This document shows, in pieces, positions 51,278 through 60,482 of a stretch of 64,000 bases of DNA. Origin of the DNA: Thermoplasmata archaeon. Its GTDB lineage: Archaea; Thermoplasmatota; Thermoplasmata; Halarchaeoplasmatales; Halarchaeoplasmataceae. Numbering within the stretch: position 1 is the first letter of the stretch; the number at the start of each line of letters is the position of its first letter. The stretch lies in the NCBI GenBank assembly GCA_003552585.1, contig PUNK01000057.1:720-64719 (forward strand). The letters run 5' to 3'. A program made the translations under genes and the position numbers. The notes beneath the pieces were generated by a model, which searched no databases, was not told where the DNA came from, and was given only the letters and a program-made list of their open reading frames with translations.

Positions 51278-52666
51278 TTATCCCGGATAATACTTCTCGA
51301 TCCATTTCTCTTCGATTCTCTTGAGTTCCCTATTTGGTATGGTAGTTAACAGTTCCCACGCTAAGTCAAGGGTTTCATCTATTGTTCTATCTTCGTCTTC
51401 CCCCTGGGCTATGAACCTCTCTTCGAATTGGTCTGCAAATTCTAGATAAGTTCTATCTCTTTCACTTAAAGCCTCTTCACCTACCACAGCAACCAGATCT
51501 CTCAATTCAAGTCCCTCGGCGTAGGTTGCGTAGAGCTGATTGCTCACGTCCATATGATCCTCCCTCGTCCTTTCTTTTCCGATCCCCTGCTGCATAAGGC
51601 GTGAAAGACTTCCGCCTGGGGTTATCGGTGGCCGTATACCCTTTCTGTGTAATTCTCTGGAAAATACTATCTGACCTTCGGTGATATACCCTGTTAGATC
51701 GGGTATAGGATGGGTGATATCATCATCGGGCATGCTCAAGATAGGGAGCATGGTTATCGAACCATCTCTACCTCGTATCCTTCCAGCTCTTTCATATATG
51801 CTTGCAAGATCGGTGTACATATATCCTGGATAACCTCTTCTTCCAGGGACCTCTTCTCTGGCCGCGGCTATTTCACGTAATGCCTCACAGTAATTCGTGA
51901 TATCCGTTAGTATCACCAGTACCTGCATCCCTTCTTCAAAGGCTAGATATTCTGCTGCAGTTAGGGCCATACGAGGAATAATGATCCTCTCAATAGCTGG
52001 ATCGTTAGCTAGGTTCAGGAACAGTACCGCTCGCTCAAGAGCCCCCGTTCTTTCGAAATCGTTGATGAAAAAGTTTGCTTCTTCCGAGGTGATACCCATA
52101 GCACAAAACACCACGGCGAACTCTTCTTCCTCTCCAAGGACTTTTGCTTGGCGGGCTATCTGAGCAGCTACACTGTTATGTGGTAGACCGCTGGCACTGA
52201 ACATGGGTAACTTTTGTCCTCTGACCAACGTGAACATACCATCTATCGTTGATATTCCTGTCTGAATAAATTCCCTTGGAAATTCTCTTGCTGATGGATT
52301 GATCGGATCTCCGTTTATGTTCCGCCTTTCTTCAGGTATGATATCCGGACTTCCATCTATCGGTTCACCGACCCCGTTGAAAACCCTGCCTAAAAGTTCT
52401 CGGGAAACCCCGAATTTCATCACTTCACCGGTGAACTGTACTGAAGTATCCTTTGTATCCAATCCACGGGTACCTGCAAAAACCTGTAAAACAGCTCTAT
52501 TGGAATCAACCTCTAATACCTGCCCAATTCTTTCTTCACCACTAGGTAGGCGAACCTTAGCGATCTCATTGAAAGCGACATCAGTCACGTCCTCGACTAC
52601 CATTAGAGGACCTGAGACCTCTACCACGTTCTTGTATTCTGTTCTCTTGGATACTTCACTTTCCAT
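51278..52666 (-). CDS. atpB: A-type ATP synthase subunit B (start ATG at 52666 with GGAGG SD; ORF track TTG/GTG start at 52693)
   Basis: full-length similarity to A/V-ATPase B; [11 protein letters not shown] start. Confidence 0.9.
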   Translation of the reverse strand: MESEVSKRTEYKNVVEVSGPLMVVEDVTDVAFNEIAKVRLPSGEERIGQVLEVDSNRAVLQVFAGTRGLDTKDTSVQFTGEVMKFGVSRELLGRVFNGVGEPIDGSPDIIPEERRNINGDPINPSAREFPREFIQTGISTIDGMFTLVRGQKLPMFSASGLPHNSVAAQIARQAKVLGEEEEFAVVFCAMGITSEEANFFINDFERTGALERAVLFLNLANDPAIERIIIPRMALTAAEYLAFEEGMQVLVILTDITNYCEALREIAAAREEVPGRRGYPGYMYTDLASIYERAGRIRGRDGSITMLPILSMPDDDITHPIPDLTGYITEGQIVFSRELHRKGIRPPITPGGSLSRLMQQGIGKERTREDHMDVSNQLYATYAEGLELRDLVAVVGEEALSERDRTYLEFADQFEERFIAQGEDEDRTIDETLDLAWELLTTIPNRELKRIEEKWIEKYYPG

Positions 52667-52667
52667 C

Positions 52668-55061
52668 TTAATCATCCTCCATAAACGATTCAAATCCCTC
52701 GTTCATCTTCATCTCAATGTGATCGAATCTTTCTTCCCATTTATCTGAAGGAACGTTAGACATCCTACTTAGATCTTCAACAACATCCATCGCCACTATA
52801 TCATCTACTGAAACGCCCTTTTCCACTGCATCCATCCCTCTTTCGTAGAACTCCATCATGATTTCGATCATCCTGAACTGCTTTTCAGGGTCGCAGTAGG
52901 TATCCACATCGTGGAAGGCGTTCTGCTGCAGGAAGTCTTCTCTGATGACACGTGCAGCTTGAAGGGCAAATCTATCGCTTTTAGGAAGAGCATCCGGGCC
53001 GACGAGTTGAACGATCTCCTGAAGCTCCGACTCCTTTTCCAGCAGACGCATGCTCTCTCTCCTGAGTTCATGCCATTTTTCATTAATATTCTCGTTCCAC
53101 CATCCTTTAACCGAATCTAGATATAGAGAATAAGAGCGAAGCCAGTTGACTGCTGGGAAATGACGTTTGTTTCTTAATTCTACATCCAAGGCCCAGAAAA
53201 CCTGCACGATCCTTAGGGTGTTCTGGGTCACTGGTTCTGAGAAATCTCCACCTGACGGACTGACTGCACCGATGACTGAAATCGAACCATCTTCTCCATT
53301 CAAAAGCTCACATATACCTGCTCTTTCGTAAAAAGAGGCTAAAGATGATGCTAGATATGCGGGATAACCTTCCTCACCCGGCATCTCTTCTAATCTACCT
53401 GAAATCTCTCTTAATGCCTCTGCCCATCTAGATGTTGAATCAGCCATAAGTGCAACGTTGTATCCCATATCTCTATAATACTCTGCCAACGTGATCCCAG
53501 AGTACACAGATGCTTCTCTTGCAGCTACGGGCATATTACTTGTATTTGCAATTAAAACTGTACGCTTCATAAGCGGTTCCCCAGTACGAGGGTCCTCCAA
53601 CTCAGGAAAATCCCGTAGTACTTCAGTCATCTCGTTCCCTCTTTCACCACAACCGACGTAGACGACGATATCCGCATCGCTCCACTTAGCTAATTGGTGC
53701 TGGATCACCGTATTATGTAATATCATGGGTGCATTACCGCCTACAAAATTGTGAGTTCCAGGAACGGTAAGATCGTATACATCTTTTGTTTCATCTTTCA
53801 ATTCTACAGATGTAACAGGATCTGGGAGGAAATGATCTAAGTGGTTATGCTCATCTCTTGAAATTCCCACCCTTTCTTCACTCTGTTCATCTCCTTTTGT
53901 TTTATTGATCGCATTCTTCAAAGTGTCTTCTCTAGGTGCTAATAGGGTGTCTCCACTTTGTAGCTTACCAGCCGGTTGCTCTTTGATTTGCTGATCTGAT
54001 GTTAGGACGAAGAGTTTGTGAACCGGTGTCACTTCCACTTCCCGTCCCGAATCGGTTGTGACCACTACAGTACTATCTGTTTTACCTTTATAGATGCATG
54101 TCGCATGCTTTTTAATTATCTTTCCATCATCCATCGAAAGGATGTCCAAAGGATCGTTTAATTCTATCAACTCTTCGTGATCATCAAGGTTTGAATCAAT
54201 TCTCTTGATGCCTTGATCTTTGTACTCTTCGAAAATTTCTTCGATCGCTTTTTTTGTGCCATCGGCTAAGATCACCGGAGTATCTCCGGTTATACATTTG
54301 CCGGTCCCGAACCCCCCGGGTATGGCGGCGGTACCGCCTTTAGCGAGTGGAAAGAATGTATCCAGGACACGCTGTCCGGTGATAAGTAGTTCACCCGGTG
54401 CTTTCTTTCTCCCGATCGGACGTCTTATCCTTACTGGCCACCGCTGTTTCATCTTGATCTCTTCTTCACCGGTGGAAGTTTTTACACGAGCGATAGTATC
54501 TGTTATTGTGTATTCTCCTTCATTGACTATCTCTTCGATTTTCCCGCTGATACCATGAGGCACCATAACTTTGTGTTCTACAACTTTTGTTTCAGGCACA
54601 GTCCCGATGATATCACCTGCTGAAACTTCATCACCCTCTTTAACATCAGGAATAAACTTCCAGTGCTTTTCCTCGTCTAATGGTGGTACATCAACACCAC
54701 GAAGTATGAAATCTCCTGCCTCTGATTTTATGGCCTCCAAAGGACGTTGGATACCGTCATATATCTGCTGTATGAGTCCTGGACCGAGTTCTGCGGACAA
54801 GGGGTCTCCGGTTCGTTTTACGGGTTCTCCAGGCTTCAATCCACCCGTCTCTTCGTAAACTTGGATTGTAGCTACATCTCTCTCTAAGCCTATTATCTCT
54901 CCGATCAGACCAGCTTCACCTACCTCTACTACTTCATACATCTCTGCCCCTTTTAGGTTTCCAGCCTCTACTACAGGTCCAGCGATCCTGTTTATCTCTC
55001 CGACTTGTTCTTTCTTAGGCTTAGAGATACGCTCTATCCGCTTTTCAACATCTTCTTCCAT
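52668..55061 (-). CDS. atpA: A-type ATP synthase catalytic subunit A, interrupted by an in-frame mini-intein
   Basis: 797 aa vs ~585 expected; P-loop GGFGTGK|C...HN|T split. Confidence 0.9.
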   Translation of the reverse strand: MEEDVEKRIERISKPKKEQVGEINRIAGPVVEAGNLKGAEMYEVVEVGEAGLIGEIIGLERDVATIQVYEETGGLKPGEPVKRTGDPLSAELGPGLIQQIYDGIQRPLEAIKSEAGDFILRGVDVPPLDEEKHWKFIPDVKEGDEVSAGDIIGTVPETKVVEHKVMVPHGISGKIEEIVNEGEYTITDTIARVKTSTGEEEIKMKQRWPVRIRRPIGRKKAPGELLITGQRVLDTFFPLAKGGTAAIPGGFGTGKCITGDTPVILADGTKKAIEEIFEEYKDQGIKRIDSNLDDHEELIELNDPLDILSMDDGKIIKKHATCIYKGKTDSTVVVTTDSGREVEVTPVHKLFVLTSDQQIKEQPAGKLQSGDTLLAPREDTLKNAINKTKGDEQSEERVGISRDEHNHLDHFLPDPVTSVELKDETKDVYDLTVPGTHNFVGGNAPMILHNTVIQHQLAKWSDADIVVYVGCGERGNEMTEVLRDFPELEDPRTGEPLMKRTVLIANTSNMPVAAREASVYSGITLAEYYRDMGYNVALMADSTSRWAEALREISGRLEEMPGEEGYPAYLASSLASFYERAGICELLNGEDGSISVIGAVSPSGGDFSEPVTQNTLRIVQVFWALDVELRNKRHFPAVNWLRSYSLYLDSVKGWWNENINEKWHELRRESMRLLEKESELQEIVQLVGPDALPKSDRFALQAARVIREDFLQQNAFHDVDTYCDPEKQFRMIEIMMEFYERGMDAVEKGVSVDDIVAMDVVEDLSRMSNVPSDKWEERFDHIEMKMNEGFESFMEDD
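53712..54296 (-). mobile_element. 195-aa mini-intein in the atpA P-loop (no homing endonuclease domain)
   Basis: starts [13 protein letters not shown] (block A), TPVH (block B), ends [23 protein letters not shown] (blocks F/G) followed by +1 Thr of GKT. Confidence 0.8.
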
Positions 55062-55062
55062 A

Positions 55063-55395
55063 TCAACTGTCCTCCTTTAATGTGATATCTATTCCAACTG
55101 CACGTTTTATTTTCTCTTCAAGTGGGTCTTCTTTTCCTTTTATCGGTCCTTTAGCATCCGGCAGCTCTACTATTATCGGGTAAAGTTCCTTACCCTCGAT
55201 GAGTTTGTTAAGTTCGAAACGTATAGACTCGGCAACGTCCTCCGAGATGAGAACAACAGCAACGTCACCAGACTCAACAAATTCCGTCAGAAGTCTGAGG
55301 GTTAAGTGCTCGTCCTCGTGAACGTGGGATTCATTAACACCTGCAAGTGAAAAACCTTCTGCGAAATACTCTCCACCTATAGCGACTATCTTCAT
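55063..55395 (-). CDS. atpF: A-type ATP synthase subunit F
   Basis: [20 protein letters not shown] typical subunit F. Confidence 0.85.
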   Translation of the reverse strand: MKIVAIGGEYFAEGFSLAGVNESHVHEDEHLTLRLLTEFVESGDVAVVLISEDVAESIRFELNKLIEGKELYPIIVELPDAKGPIKGKEDPLEEKIKRAVGIDITLKEDS

Positions 55396-56528
55396 ACTCT
55401 ATCCTCCATCACTAACAACGCTTCGATGCTCTCAGACGGCATCTTTTCCCTTAAACCTCGGCTCAGTATATTGAGGTTCCTAAGCTCTACTTCCTTACCC
55501 ACCAAAAAGCGAAGTAGGGGACCCACACTGAGCACGTTCTGACTCATCACTTCCGAGGCCATCTGGATCATCTTTTTATCCAGGTATTTTTCTATCTCAA
55601 ACGGTCCCATGGTAGCAGCGTCACGTCTGATCTCCGCGTAGGAAGTGCCTTCCAATTCAACCAGTGCTTCTTCTAAGCCCGATGATTCAACCATACTTTC
55701 AAGCTTCCATCGTTCCAGCTCTCTGCCCGATGGGAGTAGAGCTTTCTTTAACTGCTCCTTATCCACCCCTTCTCTGAGACCCCTTATCAATATCTTCAAG
55801 TTCTTAACGTCAACGTACCTGCCGAAGAAGTACTTGACCGGTGGTCGTTCTTCGGATTCTACATTTTTAACTGATTTTTGGATACGCTGGTAAACGTATC
55901 TATCGAAGGACACTTCCAAAGAGTACATGTCTTCAGTAGGATCTTCACCCTGCAGCGGCTCTTCGAAACCCGCCTCCTTCAAAATGTCGATGACCTCCTG
56001 GAGATCACGAGCGTTCACCAAACTATCGATCACTTTCTCGTCCACCCTCCTTACGGGGATCAATTTTTCACTCATATCTTCTCTAGAATCTCCAGTCATT
56101 TTGGACTTCAGCGCACGTTTTGCCATCCTTACGTCGAACCGAAGTAGCCATGCACCGGCGAACTCCTTGGCGGAAAGGGGACAGTTTCTGTACGCCCTCC
56201 TCATGAAGGACATGGTTTCACTTTCCAGCTCCCTTTCCAGTTCGTTCTGGTCCAGGGTAGCTTCTTTGGAAAGGTCATATCCTCTATCCTCCAGTTCCTG
56301 ATATACTTCATTAAGATTGTTTCCTTCGACCAAAGGTGAGAGTACGCTGTTACTCAAAAAGGGATTGCCGATGGCTCGGTATTTGGCGTTAGGATAAGTA
56401 AAACTAGCTATCGATAGTAACACTTTGAAATAACTCATAACCAGCAGTACGACTATAAGTAATGAGCCGCCGACTATGACCAACACGAAGTTGGTGATTC
56501 CTAGGGAATCGATAACCCCTTCTAACAC
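55392..56528 (-). CDS. atpC: A-type ATP synthase subunit C (d-like), with an unusual ~30-aa hydrophobic N-terminal extension if the operon-abutting start is used
   Basis: YPNAKYRAIG...; size and position in operon. Confidence 0.75.
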   Translation of the reverse strand: MLEGVIDSLGITNFVLVIVGGSLLIVVLLVMSYFKVLLSIASFTYPNAKYRAIGNPFLSNSVLSPLVEGNNLNEVYQELEDRGYDLSKEATLDQNELERELESETMSFMRRAYRNCPLSAKEFAGAWLLRFDVRMAKRALKSKMTGDSREDMSEKLIPVRRVDEKVIDSLVNARDLQEVIDILKEAGFEEPLQGEDPTEDMYSLEVSFDRYVYQRIQKSVKNVESEERPPVKYFFGRYVDVKNLKILIRGLREGVDKEQLKKALLPSGRELERWKLESMVESSGLEEALVELEGTSYAEIRRDAATMGPFEIEKYLDKKMIQMASEVMSQNVLSVGPLLRFLVGKEVELRNLNILSRGLREKMPSESIEALLVMEDRV

Positions 56529-57110
56529 TCAGATTTCCTCCTTAAACATCATCTCAGATATCTCTTTTCGGATATCTTTTTTCATACGTTCTAGATTGGA
56601 TTCGAAGGTAAGGTCTATGAACGAGCCGCTTTCAGAACGTGCTTTGATGCCCCCCACCGATATAAGATCGGCTTTTACTTTAACCGAAGGAGCGATCTTT
56701 TTAGCCATCTCACTCACCAGCTCTTTACTCTCTTCATTACACGATACCGTGATATCCTTTCCCAATACTTTAACGCATTTGCCTATGGCTTGTCGGATAT
56801 AAACTTTATAATCCTCCGCCTGTAGAGAACCAAGTTTTTTCAAAGCCTCTTGGAATATCTCATCTATCATCTCCTCCCTAACTTCAAGCTCACGCTTACG
56901 GGCGTCCAGCTTAGCTTGGGAGCGGATGCGGTTCTTCAACGTCCTCAGCTCTCTGTCGCTCTCTTTTTTGAGTTCGTCGAGTTTTCTCTCCTTCTCGGAG
57001 ATTATCTTCTCCTTTTCAGACTCAGCCTTATCACGGGCTCTCTTGGCGATGATCTTCGCCTTCCGTTTTGCGTCCGTTCTTATCCGCTTAACCAATTTAT
57101 CTACCGACAT
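56529..57110 (-). CDS. atpE: A-type ATP synthase subunit E
   Basis: 193 aa, charged N-terminal helix, position in operon. Confidence 0.8.
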   Translation of the reverse strand: MSVDKLVKRIRTDAKRKAKIIAKRARDKAESEKEKIISEKERKLDELKKESDRELRTLKNRIRSQAKLDARKRELEVREEMIDEIFQEALKKLGSLQAEDYKVYIRQAIGKCVKVLGKDITVSCNEESKELVSEMAKKIAPSVKVKADLISVGGIKARSESGSFIDLTFESNLERMKKDIRKEISEMMFKEEI

Positions 57111-57119
57111 CTTAAGCCC

Positions 57120-60100
57120 TCACATAAACCCAAAGAACACTATTATAAATATCGCTATCAACAGACCGAAGATAGCAAAGGTCTCCGACATAACGCTGAA
57201 TATCATGCCCTTGCCGAATACCTCCTCTCGTTTTGTCACAGCGGCTATGGCGGAACCCGAGGTTATACCCTGACCGACTCCGGATACACCGGCTATACCT
57301 ATGGCAAGCCCGGCGCCGACGGCGGCCACACCCATGCCTACGGTAAGATCAGTATCTCCACCCAGCATGCCGCTGAATACCATGAGCAGTATTCCGATCA
57401 AAAGCCCGTATATAGCCTGAGTTTCGGGAAGTACGGAGAATACCATACCCCTTCCGAACATCTTCTCGTTCTCCGTCACCGTTGCAACTCCACTGGCTGC
57501 GGCGATACCTTGGCCTATACCTGAAAGACCTGCGATGCCAACCGCTAAACCTGCACCTACGCCAACCATCCCAATTGCTAGGTCCAATGGAGGTCCTTCG
57601 CCCAATAAACCGCTGAATATCATAAGTAATATGGCGATCAACAGCCCGTATATAGCCTGAGTTTCGGGAAGTACGGAGAACACCATGCCCCTGCCGAACA
57701 ATTCTTCTTTTTCAGCCACACAACCTATACCGCTGGCTGCGGCGATACCCTGGCCTATACCGGATAGGCCGGCGATACCTACGGCTAAACCTGCACCTAT
57801 AGCTGTCAACCCTATAGCGTAGCCTGATTCACCAAGGACGACTTCAGGGAAGTCTCCTGCTAATAACCCGCTGAATACCAGTAATAGTATGGCTATCAGT
57901 AAACCATAGATGGCCTGGGTTTCCGGTAAAACGGAGAATACCATTCCTTTGCCGAACATCTTTTCATCCTCGGCCACTGTTGCGATACCACCGGAAGCGG
58001 CGATACCTTGGCCGATACCTGAAAGGCCTGCGATGCCCACGGCTAACCCGGCTCCCATACCTACTATACCCATGGATGCTTCCATGGTAACAGCATCTCC
58101 CAGCATACCTGAGAAAACCATCAACAGTATGGCCAACAGTAGTCCGTATATCGCCTGTGTTTCCGGAAGCACCGAGAATACCATACCCTTTCCGAATAGT
58201 TCCTCTTTTTCAGCCACCGTCGTAACACTGCTGGCTGCGGCGATACCTTGACCTATACTGGACAACCCTGCTAGACCTACAGCGAATCCGGCACCAACGG
58301 CCATCATGCCTATGGCTAGACCGGAATCCCCTGCCATTATGGGGTCGCCCTCACCTGCCAGTAAACCTGTAAATATCATCAAAAGTATACCTACGAGAAG
58401 TGCATAGATCGCCTGGGTTTGAGGTAGTGCCTGGAATACCAATGATTTACCGAATTTGTCCGGATCCTCGGTCACTATACCCGCACCCGCCGCACCTACT
58501 ATACCCACCCCTATGCCGGCTCCCATACCGGCTATACCTACGGCTAAACCTGCTCCCACACCGACCAATCCCAAAGATGATTCGATTGAAGTCGGGTCTC
58601 CCAACATGCCTGTGAAAATTAGTAGTAATATAGCAATAAGTAATCCGAATATAGCGAAGGTCTCTGACATCACACTAAAGATCATTCCTTTTCCGAATAC
58701 TTCACTTCGTTTTGCAACAGCGGGTATAGATGCCCCCGAAGTTATCCCCTGACCCACACCCGAGATACCAGCAATGCCTACTGCTAAACCAGCCCCTATC
58801 GCTATCATGCCCAAACCGTGACCTTGATCACCCAACAACGCAGTAGGATAATCCCCTGTCAACAGGCCTGAGAAGACCATCAAAAGGATAGCTATGAGTA
58901 AACCGTATATCGCCTGTGTCTCCGGAAGCACTGAAAAAACCATGCTCTTCCCGAACATCTTTTCGTCGTCGGTAACGGTGGCTATACCACTTGCCGCTGC
59001 GATGCCCTGGCCGATACCGGATAGCCCTGCTATCCCCACGGATAATCCTGCACCGACTCCAACCAGACCTAGGCCTATGTGTAGTGGTTCTCCATCACCC
59101 GCCAATAAACCGCTGAATATCATCAATAATATGGCGATCAACAAACCGTATATCGCCTGGGTTTCCGGAAGTACCGAGAACACCATACCTTTACCGAATA
59201 TCTCTTCATCTTCGGCCACACAGCTTATACCGCTGGCCGCAGCGATGCCTTGGCCGATACCGGATAGTCCTGCGATGCCCACCGCCAAGCCGGCACCGAT
59301 AGCTATCAAGCCCAAGGCGTAACCGGAGTCTCCAGCCATTATAGATGCCGGGTCTCCGGCTAGAAGGCCGGTGAACACCATCAGTAATATAGCTATGAGT
59401 AAACCGTAGATGGCTTGTGTTTCCGGTAGCACGGAGAATACCATGCCCTTACCGAACAGCTCCTCCTTCTCGGCTACTGAAGATATACCGCTTCCCGCTG
59501 CGACTCCTTGGCCTATGCCTGAAAGCCCGGCCACTCCGACCGCGATGCCGGCGCCTATACCTACCATGCCTAGGCCTAATCCGTATTCTCCCAGCATGAA
59601 GGCGTGAATATCTCCCCCTAGGAGACCAGTGAACACCATCAGCAATATTGCTATCAATAAACCGTATATTGCCTGTGTTTCCGGAAGTACGGAGAATACC
59701 ATACCTTTACCGAACAATTCTTCCTTCTCTGAATAAGCGGCTACACTACCGGAGGCGGCTATACCCTGCCCGACAGCGGATAGGCCAGCGATCCCCACCG
59801 CCAAACCGATACCCAACGAGATTATACCTATGGGTAGGGGAACGTAAGCTCCGTCACCGAGAACTCCGGTGAATAGTAACAGTAAAACGGCTATGAGTAA
59901 ACCGTATATAGCTTGGGTTTGAGGTAGTGCCTGGAACACCAAACATTTACCGAATTTATCCGGACTCTCGGCAACGGTACCCGCACCCGCCGCACCGGTT
60001 ATACCGACACCGATGCCTGCACCCATCCCTGCGATCCCAACGGCAAGCCCTGCCCCTATGGCAGTCAAATAAGTTCCACGCTCGTCCCTTTCAACGATTA

Positions 60101-60482
60101 TTTCGATCGAATGTGAATAAGATACATCATCATCCGTTATCTCAAGGGTAACCGTGTAATTCCCCAGCTCGTATTCACGTGTTACATTTTCGGCTATAAG
60201 CTCTTCGATATCCATCGGTCCTAGTTCATATCCCTCTCCATCTCCAAAGTCCCATGAGGCATTAAATGGACCATCAGGATATTCATCCACATCCAAATGG
60301 ATACCGAATTTTATTTCCACTGGCTCATCTTCATCAACGGTGTATATCCTGGCCCTTTCTTCCACAACATCTCCATCAACCATTATCTTTAGCTCGTTTT
60401 CTCCCTCTGCTATGACTGAAGGAAGAAGGGCAGATACGATGATAAGTAAGATGAAAACTATGATCAACCTGTGCCCCTTCAT
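57120..60482 (-). CDS. atpK: A-type ATP synthase proteolipid subunit K as a single 12-hairpin fusion, preceded by a signal peptide and PKD-like domain
   Basis: aa 1-25 signal peptide; aa ~30-135 PKD motif (WDFGDG...YTVTLEITDDD); 12 repeats of ...GxGxAxGxAGxxxxGQGIAA...FGKGMVFSVLPETQAIYGLLIAILL. Confidence 0.85.
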   Translation of the reverse strand: MKGHRLIIVFILLIIVSALLPSVIAEGENELKIMVDGDVVEERARIYTVDEDEPVEIKFGIHLDVDEYPDGPFNASWDFGDGEGYELGPMDIEELIAENVTREYELGNYTVTLEITDDDVSYSHSIEIIVERDERGTYLTAIGAGLAVGIAGMGAGIGVGITGAAGAGTVAESPDKFGKCLVFQALPQTQAIYGLLIAVLLLLFTGVLGDGAYVPLPIGIISLGIGLAVGIAGLSAVGQGIAASGSVAAYSEKEELFGKGMVFSVLPETQAIYGLLIAILLMVFTGLLGGDIHAFMLGEYGLGLGMVGIGAGIAVGVAGLSGIGQGVAAGSGISSVAEKEELFGKGMVFSVLPETQAIYGLLIAILLMVFTGLLAGDPASIMAGDSGYALGLIAIGAGLAVGIAGLSGIGQGIAAASGISCVAEDEEIFGKGMVFSVLPETQAIYGLLIAILLMIFSGLLAGDGEPLHIGLGLVGVGAGLSVGIAGLSGIGQGIAAASGIATVTDDEKMFGKSMVFSVLPETQAIYGLLIAILLMVFSGLLTGDYPTALLGDQGHGLGMIAIGAGLAVGIAGISGVGQGITSGASIPAVAKRSEVFGKGMIFSVMSETFAIFGLLIAILLLIFTGMLGDPTSIESSLGLVGVGAGLAVGIAGMGAGIGVGIVGAAGAGIVTEDPDKFGKSLVFQALPQTQAIYALLVGILLMIFTGLLAGEGDPIMAGDSGLAIGMMAVGAGFAVGLAGLSSIGQGIAAASSVTTVAEKEELFGKGMVFSVLPETQAIYGLLLAILLMVFSGMLGDAVTMEASMGIVGMGAGLAVGIAGLSGIGQGIAASGGIATVAEDEKMFGKGMVFSVLPETQAIYGLLIAILLLVFSGLLAGDFPEVVLGESGYAIGLTAIGAGLAVGIAGLSGIGQGIAAASGIGCVAEKEELFGRGMVFSVLPETQAIYGLLIAILLMIFSGLLGEGPPLDLAIGMVGVGAGLAVGIAGLSGIGQGIAAASGVATVTENEKMFGRGMVFSVLPETQAIYGLLIGILLMVFSGMLGGDTDLTVGMGVAAVGAGLAIGIAGVSGVGQGITSGSAIAAVTKREEVFGKGMIFSVMSETFAIFGLLIAIFIIVFFGFM
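57123..60062 (-). repeat. 12 tandem ~240-260-bp coding repeats (c-subunit hairpins) organised as a duplicated 6-hairpin super-repeat
   Basis: recurrent nucleotide blocks such as gtttccggaagtacggagaataccat at ~240-bp intervals; hairpins 1/7 and 6/12 are pairwise most similar. Confidence 0.8.

Noticed and set aside
56500-56600. Apparent 1-nt inconsistencies (extra T near 56521, missing C near 56577) between my manual reading and the ORF-track translations of atpE/atpC
   Set aside because: Most likely my transcription/indexing error rather than a real frameshift, as the ORF track gives clean full-length E and C subunits. Flagged so that coordinates derived by hand are treated as +/-2 nt.
57123-60062. 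Regularly spaced direct repeats considered as a CRISPR array
   Set aside because: Period is ~240-260 bp, the units are divergent (70-85% identity) and form one continuous ORF encoding c-subunit hairpins. No short identical repeats with unique spacers anywhere in the window.
57910-60151. Several plus-strand Pro/Ala-rich ORFs (57910-58251, 58456-58752, 58894-59322, 59410-59607, 59648-59872, 59927-60151)
   Set aside because: Antisense reading of the Gly/Ala-rich atpK hairpin repeats. Low complexity, no starts with signals.
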